This document shows, piece by piece, positions 9,855 through 19,463 of a stretch of DNA of 64,000 bases; the stretch's first letter is position 1; each line of letters begins with the position of its first letter. The notes under the pieces were generated by a model that was not told the DNA's origin, searched no databases, and worked only from the letters and a program-made list of their open reading frames with translations. The DNA is from Gammaproteobacteria bacterium (GTDB lineage: Bacteria > Pseudomonadota > Gammaproteobacteria > Eutrophobiales > Eutrophobiaceae), in the NCBI GenBank assembly GCA_965243105.1, contig CBDEUC010000003.1:2088370-2152369 (forward strand). Reading direction: 5' to 3'. The position numbers were made by a program, and so were the translations under genes.

Positions 9855-10634
9855 TTATAACCCGTCTACAAAGCCCTGCATTAACTCCAGGCAGGTTTCT
9901 TGCTGGTCCCTGAAGGGAGTGTGCCTGCAGTTGCCCAGCATATGTAAATCCGAAGGGCCGCTGCATTGCGTTGCAATAGCATCCAGCTGTGCCCGGGTGG
10001 CATACTCATCCTCGTTTCCCTGCACCAGGAGCAGGGGGCAGTGCACGTCGGGAAGTATTTCCTCAATGTTCCATTCAAGCACTTCCGGGTTTGCCCAGAA
10101 GTCATACCATCCAAAAAATGCGCCATCCACATCATCATGGTAGGCCGCCAGTTTTTCGCGCAGGCCAGACTCTTTATAGGCATTGAGCACGGGTACCACG
10201 CTACTCCAGGTCTCTTTCTCTACGAAAGTATGGGGTGCCATCAGCACCATGCCCGTAGTAGTGGGCAGCTGGTTTGTTGCCGCGTAAATCAGAGCAATGG
10301 TGGCACCGTCACTGTGTCCAATCAGTACGGGTTCTTCAATTTCCATAGATACCAGCAGGGGTGCAAGCACATCGCAGGCCTCGTAGCTATGGTAGTCATT
10401 TTGCCTGGGCTCACTTAAACGGCTGGATTTGCCGTAGGATTCCCTGCTGTATAAAAAAACGTCCTGGCCGGTGCGCTCATGTAACTTTTGCGGAAAATCC
10501 TTCCAGGCAGAAACCGAACCCAGCCCTTCATGCAACAGGACCAGGGTCTTTGCCGAATTTTCTTCTCCCCGAATCCAGCGATATTCGATACTGGCATCAC
10601 CAAGACTGCATATGCCGTCTTCCTGGTTTGGCAC
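9855..10634 (-). CDS. alpha/beta-fold hydrolase
   Basis: Nucleophile elbow GHSDG and an HEGLGS-type oxyanion region. 259 aa. It is the last gene of the FAH-maiA-hydrolase operon, with a 7-bp gap to maiA. Confidence 0.78.
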   Translation of the reverse strand: MPNQEDGICSLGDASIEYRWIRGEENSAKTLVLLHEGLGSVSAWKDFPQKLHERTGQDVFLYSRESYGKSSRLSEPRQNDYHSYEACDVLAPLLVSMEIEEPVLIGHSDGATIALIYAATNQLPTTTGMVLMAPHTFVEKETWSSVVPVLNAYKESGLREKLAAYHDDVDGAFFGWYDFWANPEVLEWNIEEILPDVHCPLLLVQGNEDEYATRAQLDAIATQCSGPSDLHMLGNCRHTPFRDQQETCLELMQGFVDGL

Positions 10635-10641
10635 GGCGGCT

Positions 10642-11292
10642 TCAGGCTACCGCGTCGGGTTGCGCTTCGGGGATTGCAGCCTGGAATGCCTCGAGCTCAA
10701 GGCAGTTATTTTCTATCTCCAGCAGTGTCGGGAAATCCTCGAGCGGAACGTCAAAACGGTGTGCGTTGTATAACTGCGGAACCAGGCAGATATCGGCGAT
10801 ACTGACTGAATCGCCCATGCAATAGGGGCCTTTCCAGGAAGAAGCGCCGAGAGTTTTTTCCAGCGCATTAAAACCCAGTACTATCCAGTGTACGTACCAC
10901 GCATCTTTTTTACTGTCGTCTACTTTCAATTCATGCTTGAGATACTTGAGGACCCTCAGGTTATCAAGCGGATGAATATCACAGGCTATGCTGAGCGCAA
11001 GCTGCCTGGTCATGGCACGTTGCTCCGCGTCACCAGCTATTAATGGAACCTGGGGATAGCGCTCATCGAGGTATTCCATGATGGCCAGTGACTGGCTTAA
11101 GGACACATCACCATCAACAAGGGTTGGTACAAGACCCTGGGGGTTTATGGCTTTATATTCATCCTTGTGCTGTTCGCCCCCGTCTTTGAGCATGTGAACA
11201 GCAACAGTTTCATATTCCAGCCCTTTCAGGTTTAATGCAATCCGCACCCTGTAGGCCGCAGATGAGCGCCAGTAGCTGTAGAGTTTGATCAT
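10642..11292 (-). CDS. maiA: maleylacetoacetate isomerase (zeta-class GST)
   Basis: MIKLYSYWRSSAAYRVRIALNLKG… has the characteristic SSxxYRVRIAL zeta-GST N-terminus. 216 aa. It overlaps the FAH stop by 4 nt. Confidence 0.9.
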   Translation of the reverse strand: MIKLYSYWRSSAAYRVRIALNLKGLEYETVAVHMLKDGGEQHKDEYKAINPQGLVPTLVDGDVSLSQSLAIMEYLDERYPQVPLIAGDAEQRAMTRQLALSIACDIHPLDNLRVLKYLKHELKVDDSKKDAWYVHWIVLGFNALEKTLGASSWKGPYCMGDSVSIADICLVPQLYNAHRFDVPLEDFPTLLEIENNCLELEAFQAAIPEAQPDAVA

Positions 11293-12281
11293 TCCGCAGG
11301 AGTGTACTGTTTAACTTTCTGATCGATCTTGCCGAAAATGGACTCACCATTTTTATCAAGCATCTCTATTTCAATGCGGTCACCAAACTGCATGAAAGGT
11401 GTTGAAGGCTTGCCGTCGGCAATGGTTTCAAGACAGCGAATTTCTGCCAGGCACGAGGAGCCATCCTTGCTGCCAACATTGGCAATAGTACCGGAGCCGA
11501 TGACTGTTCCAGCCATGAGAGGCCTTGATTTTGCGGCGTGGTTAATGAGCTGGGGAAAATCAAACACCATGTCGACACCGGCATTGGGTGTGCCTACCTT
11601 TTCCCCGTTCAGGGTGCTGTGCAGGGGCAGGTGCACGCGTTTACCATCCCAGGCATCACCAAGTTCGTCGGGTGTGATCGCCACCGGTGTAAAAGAAGTG
11701 TGGGGCTTGGACTGGTAAAAACCAAACTGCTTTGCAAGCTCTGCCGGGATGAGGTTTCTCAGTGAGACATCATTGACGAGCGCAATAAGCTTGATGTGCT
11801 TGCCGGCATTGTCTACCGACACGCCAGCGGGGACATCATCAGTAAAGACGACAACTTCCGATTCAAAATCAATTCCCCAGGCCTCGTCCTGAACCGGGAT
11901 ATCATCATGGGGACCCAGGAAAACATCGGATGCACCCATGTACATCAGGGGATCTGTCCAGAATGATTCCGGAAGCTCTGCGCCCCTGGCCTTTCGCACC
12001 AGTTCCACATGGGTGACATAGGCACTGCCATCTGCCCAGTGGTAAGAGCGGGGCAGGGGAGCTGCAAGTGTGCTGGTATCAAGATCAAAGCTGTCCTCTG
12101 CCGTACCTTCCTGCAGCTGATCAAACACCGCTTCAAGCTGCGGCGCTTTTTCACTCCACTCGTCCATGGCTGCCTGCATCGTGTGCGCTATTGCCGGCAC
12201 TTTTACAGCCCTTGTCATATCACGGTTAACCACGATAAGCGTGCCGTCACGGCCGCCTTCTTTGAGACTCGCTAGTTTCAC
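11289..12281 (-). CDS. fumarylacetoacetate hydrolase (FAH)-family enzyme, probable fumarylacetoacetase of the homogentisate pathway
   Basis: 330-aa FAH-fold protein (…GSGTIANVGSKDGSSCLAEIR…). It is translationally coupled to maiA and divergent from hmgA. The short form differs from the 430-aa HmgB type, so function is assigned by context. Confidence 0.75.
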   Translation of the reverse strand: MKLASLKEGGRDGTLIVVNRDMTRAVKVPAIAHTMQAAMDEWSEKAPQLEAVFDQLQEGTAEDSFDLDTSTLAAPLPRSYHWADGSAYVTHVELVRKARGAELPESFWTDPLMYMGASDVFLGPHDDIPVQDEAWGIDFESEVVVFTDDVPAGVSVDNAGKHIKLIALVNDVSLRNLIPAELAKQFGFYQSKPHTSFTPVAITPDELGDAWDGKRVHLPLHSTLNGEKVGTPNAGVDMVFDFPQLINHAAKSRPLMAGTVIGSGTIANVGSKDGSSCLAEIRCLETIADGKPSTPFMQFGDRIEIEMLDKNGESIFGKIDQKVKQYTPAE

Positions 12282-12364
12282 TTGTTTCTCCCGCTGTAGA
12301 GCAATACCCGGACCTTACCATCATTCTAGCTCCTGGATTGAGCGAATTCCGGATTCTTGAAATT

Positions 12365-12380
12365 AGTTACATTTGTAACT
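12365..12380. promoter_or_regulatory. Palindromic operator-like site in the FAH/hmgA divergent promoter region
   Basis: AGTTACAttTGTAACT has perfect 7-bp inverted arms. Its AGTTRC half-site is related to the hpd-region palindromes. Confidence 0.55.
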
Positions 12381-12420
12381 ATACTGCTTTTATTCTATAC
12401 GTCAAGCAGAGGTTATCGAC

Positions 12421-13752
12421 ATGGCTACCGTGATGAAAACGGATAATGACGCACAAGCGGATGCTGCCGCGGAACTTGAATACCTGAATGGTTTCGGCAA
12501 TGAACATCAATCCGAAGCCCTTGAGGGTGCCTTACCGCGTGGACAATTTTCGCCACAAAAAGTCCCCTACGGGCTGTATGCGGAGAAATTCTCTGGTACA
12601 GCCTTTACCGCACCAAGGGCAAGCAATTTTCGCAACTGGTTTTATCGAATCCGGCCGTCCGTTGTGCAGGGTGATTTTGAGCGCATGGATAATGGCCTTA
12701 TCAGGAGCGGTCCAATCACCGAGATCGAAACACCGCCAAACCAGCTGCGCTGGGATCCCTTTCCTGTTCCAGAGACGTCCACGGATTTTATCGAGGGTTT
12801 AACTACGATTGCAGCCAACGGTAACGTGGGTGTGACCGGGATCGGTATCCACATGTACCTGGCTAACAGCAGCATGGAGAAACGTTTCTTTTATAACAGT
12901 GACGGTGAGTTACTTATCGTACCGCAACAGGGGACATTTCGAGCCCATACTGAATGCGGTGTACTGGATGTTCGACCGGGCGAGATATGCGTGATTCCAC
13001 GGGGTATCAAGTTCCGTGTTGTATTACCGGATGGGCCGAGTCGTGGGTATGTGTGTGAGAACTATGGAGCACAGTTCCAGCTTCCGGAACGTGGCCCGGT
13101 GGGTTCAGACGGTTATGCTAACGACCGGGATTTCCTTGCTCCCGTTGCAAGCTATGAAGACCGGGAAGGCGAATTTGAGCTGGTAAACAAGTTTATGGGT
13201 AACCTGTTTCGCTGTGATATCGGTCATTCACCGCTCGATGTCGTGGCCTGGGTCGGCACCGCGGTTCCCTACAAGTATGATCTTTCACTGTTTAATACCA
13301 TGAACACGGTGAGTTACGATCACCCTGATCCATCCATCTTCACGGTACTTTCATCCCAGCTTGATTCACCGGGCGTGGCTAACGCGGATTTTGTTATTTT
13401 CCCGGCGCGATGGATGGTGGCCGAGGACACGTTTCGCCCACCCTGGTATCACCGTAACCTGATGAGTGAATTCATGGGTTTGATCCATGGTATGTACGAT
13501 GCCAAGCCCGAGGGCTTTGTGCCAGGCGGTGCAAGTTTACACAACAGCATGTCAGCCCATGGGCCTGATGTTGATGCCTTTGAGGGGGCGTCAAATGCTG
13601 AGCTTAAACCACATCGATACGACAATACCCTGGCTTTCATGTTTGAATCGCGCTTTGTTATCCAGCCAACAAGGTATGCACTTGAGTGTGAGCAGCGACA
13701 GGCCAACTACGTACACTGCTGGCAGGGCCTCAACAAGCATTTCGGTAAGTAA
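12421..13752 (+). CDS. hmgA: homogentisate 1,2-dioxygenase
   Basis: 443-aa protein matching HGO across its length (…[46 protein letters not shown]…, …[21 protein letters not shown]…). Confidence 0.93.
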   Translation: MATVMKTDNDAQADAAAELEYLNGFGNEHQSEALEGALPRGQFSPQKVPYGLYAEKFSGTAFTAPRASNFRNWFYRIRPSVVQGDFERMDNGLIRSGPITEIETPPNQLRWDPFPVPETSTDFIEGLTTIAANGNVGVTGIGIHMYLANSSMEKRFFYNSDGELLIVPQQGTFRAHTECGVLDVRPGEICVIPRGIKFRVVLPDGPSRGYVCENYGAQFQLPERGPVGSDGYANDRDFLAPVASYEDREGEFELVNKFMGNLFRCDIGHSPLDVVAWVGTAVPYKYDLSLFNTMNTVSYDHPDPSIFTVLSSQLDSPGVANADFVIFPARWMVAEDTFRPPWYHRNLMSEFMGLIHGMYDAKPEGFVPGGASLHNSMSAHGPDVDAFEGASNAELKPHRYDNTLAFMFESRFVIQPTRYALECEQRQANYVHCWQGLNKHFGK

Positions 13753-13757
13753 GCAAA

Positions 13758-14225
13758 ATGACAAAGTCGGTGCCAGGCATTCTTGACCTGAAGAACTTCC
13801 TGCCTTATCGCCTGTCTGTTGTGACAAACAAGGTCAGCAGTAACCTGGCCAGTATGTATTCGCTCAAGTTTGACCTGAGCATTGCCGAGTGGCGTGTCAT
13901 GGCAGTACTGGGGCAGCAAAGCGATCTGTCGGCAGATGAAGTCTGTCGTGAAACAGAGATGGACAAGGTGACAGTAAGCCGCGCCGTGACAAAATTGCTC
14001 AAGAAGAAACTGTTGCAGCGCAGTTTTTCCAGGGAAGACCGGCGTCGCTCTATTCTTTGCCTGTCCAGCCGCGGCTACTCTACCTACTCGCAGATAATCC
14101 CCATGGCATTGAGCTATGAGGAATCCCTGCTGTCCGCGCTAAGTGAAAAAGAGGCCAGGCAACTGGATGAACTGCTGCTCAAGTTGAACGGGCAGGCACA
14201 GGCGTTGGCTCAATCTGAAGGCTAA
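13758..14225 (+). CDS. MarR-family transcriptional regulator (paralog of 2746..3198)
   Basis: 155-aa protein that starts 5 bp after the hmgA stop. It has strong block similarity to the hpd-linked MarR. Confidence 0.85.
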   Translation: MTKSVPGILDLKNFLPYRLSVVTNKVSSNLASMYSLKFDLSIAEWRVMAVLGQQSDLSADEVCRETEMDKVTVSRAVTKLLKKKLLQRSFSREDRRRSILCLSSRGYSTYSQIIPMALSYEESLLSALSEKEARQLDELLLKLNGQAQALAQSEG

Positions 14226-14260
14226 CAGGCGAATCGGCGCTGGCGTTGGTCGCCTATGCG

Positions 14261-15982
14261 CTACCCACGCCCTGCATCGAGCAGGTTATTTAACTCCTCG
14301 CTGTGGAACCGTGCGCGTTTTCCCGTGGGTTGCAGCTCTTCTTCGTAAAAGAAAGCGGGTAGCTCGTCATCTTTCTCGGTAAACCCGGCAGCCTTGTTAA
14401 ACTCAGTTTCAAGCTCAAGGGTTTTGCGGCCGAGTTTCATAAAGAAAGAACTGTCAAGGTCAGTGCCATGGGCATCGTTGATGGCATTGGCAACCAGTTC
14501 AAGCTCCGCGGTCGTGACACTGCGTCCAAATAAACACAGGCCAAGGGAATCGGTCGCTGCGAATCCAATTTGCGTATCAAGGCTGGCTTCAAGCACCTCC
14601 TTTGCACCTTTGCCGGTCGCATCAAAACGAGGCAGGTTACCCGCGGTGTGATCCGCACCCTGTGCAGAAAGCATCATGGTCACGCCGGTGACTTCGACAA
14701 CACGTGGATCGTATGCACTGATAGCCTGCTTCTTGATAACCGGTACACGTTCAACGCCATAGTGTTCACCTACACGTGCTGTGCCCTGCGCCCAGAGTTT
14801 TCCGTCCTCACTTCCCTTGCGAATTTCTTCCAGCACGCTGATGATAAAATCCAGGTCACCAAACTTGCCGACGCCGGCTTCCATCAGTACGCCAATCATG
14901 GCACCGGTTTCAATGGTGTCAATTCCCAGGTCGTTGGCGATGTAATTGATATGGGCAAGATCGTCAGGATCGGATAATCCGCAATTGGTACCCATGAGAC
15001 CGATGGTTTCATACTCGACTGGTGACACGACTTCGTTACCATCCTTGTCGGCGTAAATATTACTGCACTGGATCAGGCAGCCAGGCATACAGGCATGGGA
15101 AGGATCGCCGCCACGAGCGATGTTCTGCTCGCGGATGAAATCACCACCCATTTTCATGGTCTCCTTATCTGTATCAACCAGCCGACCGTTACTGAAATTA
15201 TTCACCGGCAGGCCTCCGATATGATTCATATAGTCAGCCATCATGGCCGTCCCCAGTTTTCGATAACTGTCCACCATGCTATCGGTCTTTATTTTGCCGG
15301 CATATTCCTTGATCGCGCCGATCACTTTCTTGCGCTCGTGTAGCTCCGGCATCTTGTGCAGTTCCATGACAATTGCCTTCACCCTTTTACTACCCATCAC
15401 CGCCCCGATTCCTCCCCGGGCTGCGAGACGTGAGGGTCGCAGGTCAGTATCACTGATAGCGATACCTGCCAGGAGTCCCTGGTATTCTCCTACGGGGCCG
15501 CACAGGGCAATACTGGTTTTCTTACCGTACTTTTCATGCAGCTGGGCCGCTGTTTCAAAATTCCCCTTGCCCATGTAGGGCCTGGCATCGTCAAAATTTA
15601 TATCGCCTTCTTTTGATATGTGAATAATCACCCACTCATCAGCGACGCCATAGAGATTCAGTCCCGAGATATGTAACTGGCCCATGGCAACACCCAGCGT
15701 GCCTCCCGCATTGGCTTCCTTGATACCACCTGTCAGTGGACTCTTGCAGCCGAAACTGGTGCGGTTGGCATTGGAAAAGTTGGTGCCTGCAAAGGGGCCG
15801 GCTGAAATAATCAAGGGGTTGTCAGCGGACAGGGGATCCACCTTTGCAATATCGTTCTCACAAAGGGTCTTTGCGATAAGATAACGACCGGCAAAGGCGA
15901 CTTCTTCGCCACTGATTTCCTTCTTGTCGATTTCCTTTTTATCCAGGTCTATGTGCAGGTATGAGCGCGAGACATTTGTCAT
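14261..15982 (-). CDS. aldehyde:ferredoxin oxidoreductase (AOR) family, tungsten/molybdopterin-dependent
   Basis: 573-aa protein. It matches Pyrococcus-type AOR motifs: DPLSADNPLIISAGPFAGT…KSPLTGG, AARGGIGAVMGSKRVKAIV, C-x(3)-C in MPGCLIQC, and C-terminal DSLGLCLF. Confidence 0.85.
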   Translation of the reverse strand: MTNVSRSYLHIDLDKKEIDKKEISGEEVAFAGRYLIAKTLCENDIAKVDPLSADNPLIISAGPFAGTNFSNANRTSFGCKSPLTGGIKEANAGGTLGVAMGQLHISGLNLYGVADEWVIIHISKEGDINFDDARPYMGKGNFETAAQLHEKYGKKTSIALCGPVGEYQGLLAGIAISDTDLRPSRLAARGGIGAVMGSKRVKAIVMELHKMPELHERKKVIGAIKEYAGKIKTDSMVDSYRKLGTAMMADYMNHIGGLPVNNFSNGRLVDTDKETMKMGGDFIREQNIARGGDPSHACMPGCLIQCSNIYADKDGNEVVSPVEYETIGLMGTNCGLSDPDDLAHINYIANDLGIDTIETGAMIGVLMEAGVGKFGDLDFIISVLEEIRKGSEDGKLWAQGTARVGEHYGVERVPVIKKQAISAYDPRVVEVTGVTMMLSAQGADHTAGNLPRFDATGKGAKEVLEASLDTQIGFAATDSLGLCLFGRSVTTAELELVANAINDAHGTDLDSSFFMKLGRKTLELETEFNKAAGFTEKDDELPAFFYEEELQPTGKRARFHSEELNNLLDAGRG

Positions 15983-16143
15983 GTATTTATAACTCCAAAT
16001 TCAATGTTAAGCAGTTACGTGGCAAACACTTGCATTGACAGATTAGCGGACCTTCAGCGGCAGGGATGCCGCTGTTGAGCGTACATGGAAGTATTCACAG
16101 CGCGTCCGCGTTCTGTCGATGTAAGTGCATTCCAGCTTTAGTC

Positions 16144-18027
16144 TTACCAGGCAATTCCATAGTCATCACCGTAGTTGCTCGCCGCGCCCCACATGCTACC
16201 GTGTTCGCGGTCAAACCAGATGGCGGTTATCGGGCCTGAGGTTCGTTCCTTCAGTTCGATTCGGTAACCCATTTTTTCAAGTTTTGATTGTACCTCAGCG
16301 GGCGTGTCATCACGAAGCCTGAGTTTACCCGGCTCTGCAGGATGATCCCTGAAGGAGCCGCGCATCTGGAAGCTGTTGATATTTGCTGCCTCCGCTGCTT
16401 CCTGTGGCCCCATGTTCCAGTGCTGCATATTCAACAGGAATTGCAGCAGGTTCTGGTCCTGGGTATCTCCACCCTGCACAGAAAACGCCAGCCAGGGTTC
16501 GCCATTTTTCATGGCTATACCCGGGGTCAGGGTTGCGCGGGGTCGCTTGCCGGGTGTCACGACATTAAAAGGGTTTTCCGCCGGATCCAGAACAAAGCTT
16601 TGCATGCGCTGGGACAGGCCGATGCCGCTTTTACCTGCAACAAAGGCCGGTATCCAGCCACCGCTGGGTGTCACCGAGATTATCCAGCCTTCTGCATCGG
16701 CAGCCTGGATGGACGTGGTGCCCGCCAGGAACGATTCATCAATGGTCTCATCGCCCAGGGTGATGATATGCCCGTCAGCACCTGTTGATTTTTGTTCGTG
16801 CCATTTATCCAGGTAATGCGTGTAGGGATTGGTTTCTCCCTGGAAAGGGTAGGGGTCACCGGGCTTACTGACGGGATCATTTTTTTCCCAGTTGATTTGT
16901 TGAAATCGTTTTTTTGCGTATTCCCTGGACAACAGACCCTTGAGGGGTTCCTCGGGTGGAAAGTAAGGGTCGCCGTAGTAAAAGTCCCGGTCGGCGAAAG
17001 CCAGGTTCATGGCCTGGTACAGGGTATGGATATAGTCGGCGCTGTTATAGCCCATTTTTTCAAGGTCAACATTCTCGAGGATATTCAGGGTCTGCAGCAA
17101 AACAGGTCCCTGCACCCAGGAAGTTAACTTGTAGACATCAATACCCCTGTAGTTAGTCGAAACAGGCTCCTCTATGTAGACCTGCCACTTGTCGAGATCT
17201 GAAAGACTGAGAAGGCCTCCTGCCTCCCTGGTTGACCTGGCAATCTCACGGGCGATATCACCACGGTAGAAACGCTTGTATGCAGTATAGATTGCCTCTT
17301 TTCGAGATTTGCCTTCGGCAAGGGCTTTTGCTTCGCGCTTGACGAGCTTGCGCAGGGTTGATGCGAGGTCCGGCTGGTGGAATATTTCACCGGCGCGGGG
17401 CCCCGGGTTGTCCCTGTCTTCCGGGTGAGTGAAGAATACTTTCCGCGACGCAGGCCAGGACGCAATATCTTCCGCGTACTTTTTTATGCTCTTCGCGGCT
17501 GCGGCCTCCATGGGATAGCCATCCGCCATTTCAATGGCGGGCGCCAGCACCTGGGCCAGGGACAGGTTTCCCCATTCGGCGAGCATGGTCATAAGACCGC
17601 CCGGTGTGCCCGGAACCACCGCGGCAAGCGGACCCTTGTGGGGAGGATAGTTGTAGCCCTTATCCAGGAAAAATTCGGGAGTTGCGCCTGCCGGGGCAGT
17701 ACCAAGGGCATTGATGCCAATGATCCTTTTTTCTCCTGGATGATAAATCAGCGCCTGTGTTTCACCTCCCCAGCCCAGTACGTCCCACATGGTGCTTGTT
17801 GTTGCCAGCATCGCCATGGCGGCATCGATGGCATTTCCGCCTTGCTGGAACATCATCGCACCGCTTGTCGCTGCCAGCGGTTTACCGGTCACGGCCACCC
17901 AGTGCTTGCCATGTAATGCCGGCTTCTGCGTATCTGCCGCCTGTGAGCCGCCAGAGAAAAACAGGCCAAGCAGGACACACGCTTCTACCAGCTGTCTGGT
18001 TAGTGGATATTTGCCCATGATTAACAC
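16144..18027 (-). CDS. ggt: gamma-glutamyltranspeptidase (secreted)
   Basis: 627-aa protein with an N-terminal signal peptide (…LLGLFFSGGSQA), a GGT fold, and the autoprocessing Thr region (…GTTSIQAAD…). The start may be the downstream Met (MGKYP). Confidence 0.85.
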   Translation of the reverse strand: MLIMGKYPLTRQLVEACVLLGLFFSGGSQAADTQKPALHGKHWVAVTGKPLAATSGAMMFQQGGNAIDAAMAMLATTSTMWDVLGWGGETQALIYHPGEKRIIGINALGTAPAGATPEFFLDKGYNYPPHKGPLAAVVPGTPGGLMTMLAEWGNLSLAQVLAPAIEMADGYPMEAAAAKSIKKYAEDIASWPASRKVFFTHPEDRDNPGPRAGEIFHQPDLASTLRKLVKREAKALAEGKSRKEAIYTAYKRFYRGDIAREIARSTREAGGLLSLSDLDKWQVYIEEPVSTNYRGIDVYKLTSWVQGPVLLQTLNILENVDLEKMGYNSADYIHTLYQAMNLAFADRDFYYGDPYFPPEEPLKGLLSREYAKKRFQQINWEKNDPVSKPGDPYPFQGETNPYTHYLDKWHEQKSTGADGHIITLGDETIDESFLAGTTSIQAADAEGWIISVTPSGGWIPAFVAGKSGIGLSQRMQSFVLDPAENPFNVVTPGKRPRATLTPGIAMKNGEPWLAFSVQGGDTQDQNLLQFLLNMQHWNMGPQEAAEAANINSFQMRGSFRDHPAEPGKLRLRDDTPAEVQSKLEKMGYRIELKERTSGPITAIWFDREHGSMWGAASNYGDDYGIAW

Positions 18028-18135
18028 TCTTGATAGTAATCCCGAAGCCTATTATGCACCGACTTTTGTTGCTGGTCGTTGTAATATTAGCCTGGGTAAT
18101 TGATCTACCAGGATACGTTAACTCGAGGCTTCTAG

Positions 18136-18690
18136 ATGTCGAACAGTTTCTGGGAATTTTCCGTAGCGACCTATGGCAAAGATGGTGTGCCCGCGGCCTG
18201 TCTTGGCCTGCAGGATAGCCTGGATGTGGATGTTAATGTCCTGCTGTTTTGTTGCTGGTTTGGACTGACACGTGGTCATATCGAGGAAGAAAGATTTACG
18301 CAACTGCTGGCAGCTTCTGAATTGTGGGCGAGCAGGGTAGTGAGACCTCTTCGAGGAGCCAGGCGCTGGATGAAGGAAGAAGTCTATGAATCTCTCCAGC
18401 TGGATACAGAGAGCGTGTCGAGCCTGCGTGAAAAAATAAAGAGTAACGAGCTTGGTGCAGAGAAAATCCAGCAGGATTTACTACTGGCAATTGTGGAAGA
18501 TCTTGCGGGTAAGCAGATGAACGTGGAAGAGCAGCTGGATGCGGTGCTTGATAATATACGGCGCTACCTCGGTAAAAAGGAAATCCAGGTTGTTGGCGCC
18601 AGCGCCGCTGACCTTTGTCATGTTATCTCGTCTGCCAGTGACGATTTTGATAGCGCTGCCGTGAGAGCAAGGCTTGAACAACACTCCTAG
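18136..18690 (+). CDS. hypothetical protein, DUF2390/TIGR02444-like
   Basis: 184-aa protein MSNSFWEFSVATYGKDGVPAACLGLQD…. Family assignment is from memory. Its stop overlaps the ubiX stop by 4 nt (convergent). Confidence 0.5.
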   Translation: MSNSFWEFSVATYGKDGVPAACLGLQDSLDVDVNVLLFCCWFGLTRGHIEEERFTQLLAASELWASRVVRPLRGARRWMKEEVYESLQLDTESVSSLREKIKSNELGAEKIQQDLLLAIVEDLAGKQMNVEEQLDAVLDNIRRYLGKKEIQVVGASAADLCHVISSASDDFDSAAVRARLEQHS

Positions 18691-19259
18691 TCTTTACGAC
18701 GGTTTCCTTCCCACCGTTTCACAATACCGGAATCCATGGCAAACAGGTCCAGCACGCGTCCTACCGAATGGTTGACGATGTCATCGATAGTTTCCGGCCG
18801 GTTGTAGAAGGCGGGCATGGGAGGTGCCAGCTGGATCCCCATCTGCGCAGCTTCATAAAGTAAGCGGCAATGCCCAACATGAAGCGGTGTCTCCCGGGGC
18901 ATGAGGACGAGCTTGCGTCCTTCCTTGAGAACAACATCTGCTGCGCGCGATAACAGGTCATCAGCATAGGAATTAACGATCGCTGAAAGGGTTTTCATGG
19001 AGCAGGGTGCGACTATCATGCCATCGGTTCTAAAGGAGCCACTGGATATCGTCGCCGCAACGTCGTTAAAGTTATGCTGTACATCGGCCAGTGCTTCAAC
19101 ATCCTTGATTTGCAGGTCAGTCTCAATGGGGATATTCATCTTGGCCGTAGGCGACATGACAAGATGTGTTTCCACGTCCTTCTGTTCTTTCAGTACCTGT
19201 AGCAGGCGAATACCGTATATCACGCCGCTTGAGCCAGAGATGCCTATAATCAGGCGCAT
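18687..19259 (-). CDS. ubiX: flavin prenyltransferase UbiX (prFMN synthase)
   Basis: MRLIIGISGSSGVIYGIRLL… is the canonical UbiX/Pad1 N-terminus. The start is taken at ATG 19259, because the ORF-track extension to 19337 has no homology. About 190 aa. Confidence 0.88.
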   Translation of the reverse strand: MRLIIGISGSSGVIYGIRLLQVLKEQKDVETHLVMSPTAKMNIPIETDLQIKDVEALADVQHNFNDVAATISSGSFRTDGMIVAPCSMKTLSAIVNSYADDLLSRAADVVLKEGRKLVLMPRETPLHVGHCRLLYEAAQMGIQLAPPMPAFYNRPETIDDIVNHSVGRVLDLFAMDSGIVKRWEGNRRKD

Positions 19260-19463
19260 TGCTGTGGTCCTCTTTTCATCACCAGTGGGAGTATAGCAGT
19301 AAGCCCCTGCGCGTTTACAAGGGGCGAAATATTGCAATGCACCAAATCACTTATTTCGCAGACTGGAACCTGTGCTGAATTCATCTTCAAGTCGTCGTGA
19401 CAAAGGTTATACTTTGAAAAATCCCGACCTGTTTCAGTCAATATTTAATAGAAGGTAATCATC

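Noticed and set aside
16050-16075. Hairpin CAGCGGCAgggaTGCCGCTG between GGT and AOR
   Set aside because: It is an 8-bp stem but lacks a T-tract on either strand, and it sits in the AOR upstream region. It could be an operator or a terminator, and the evidence is insufficient to call either.
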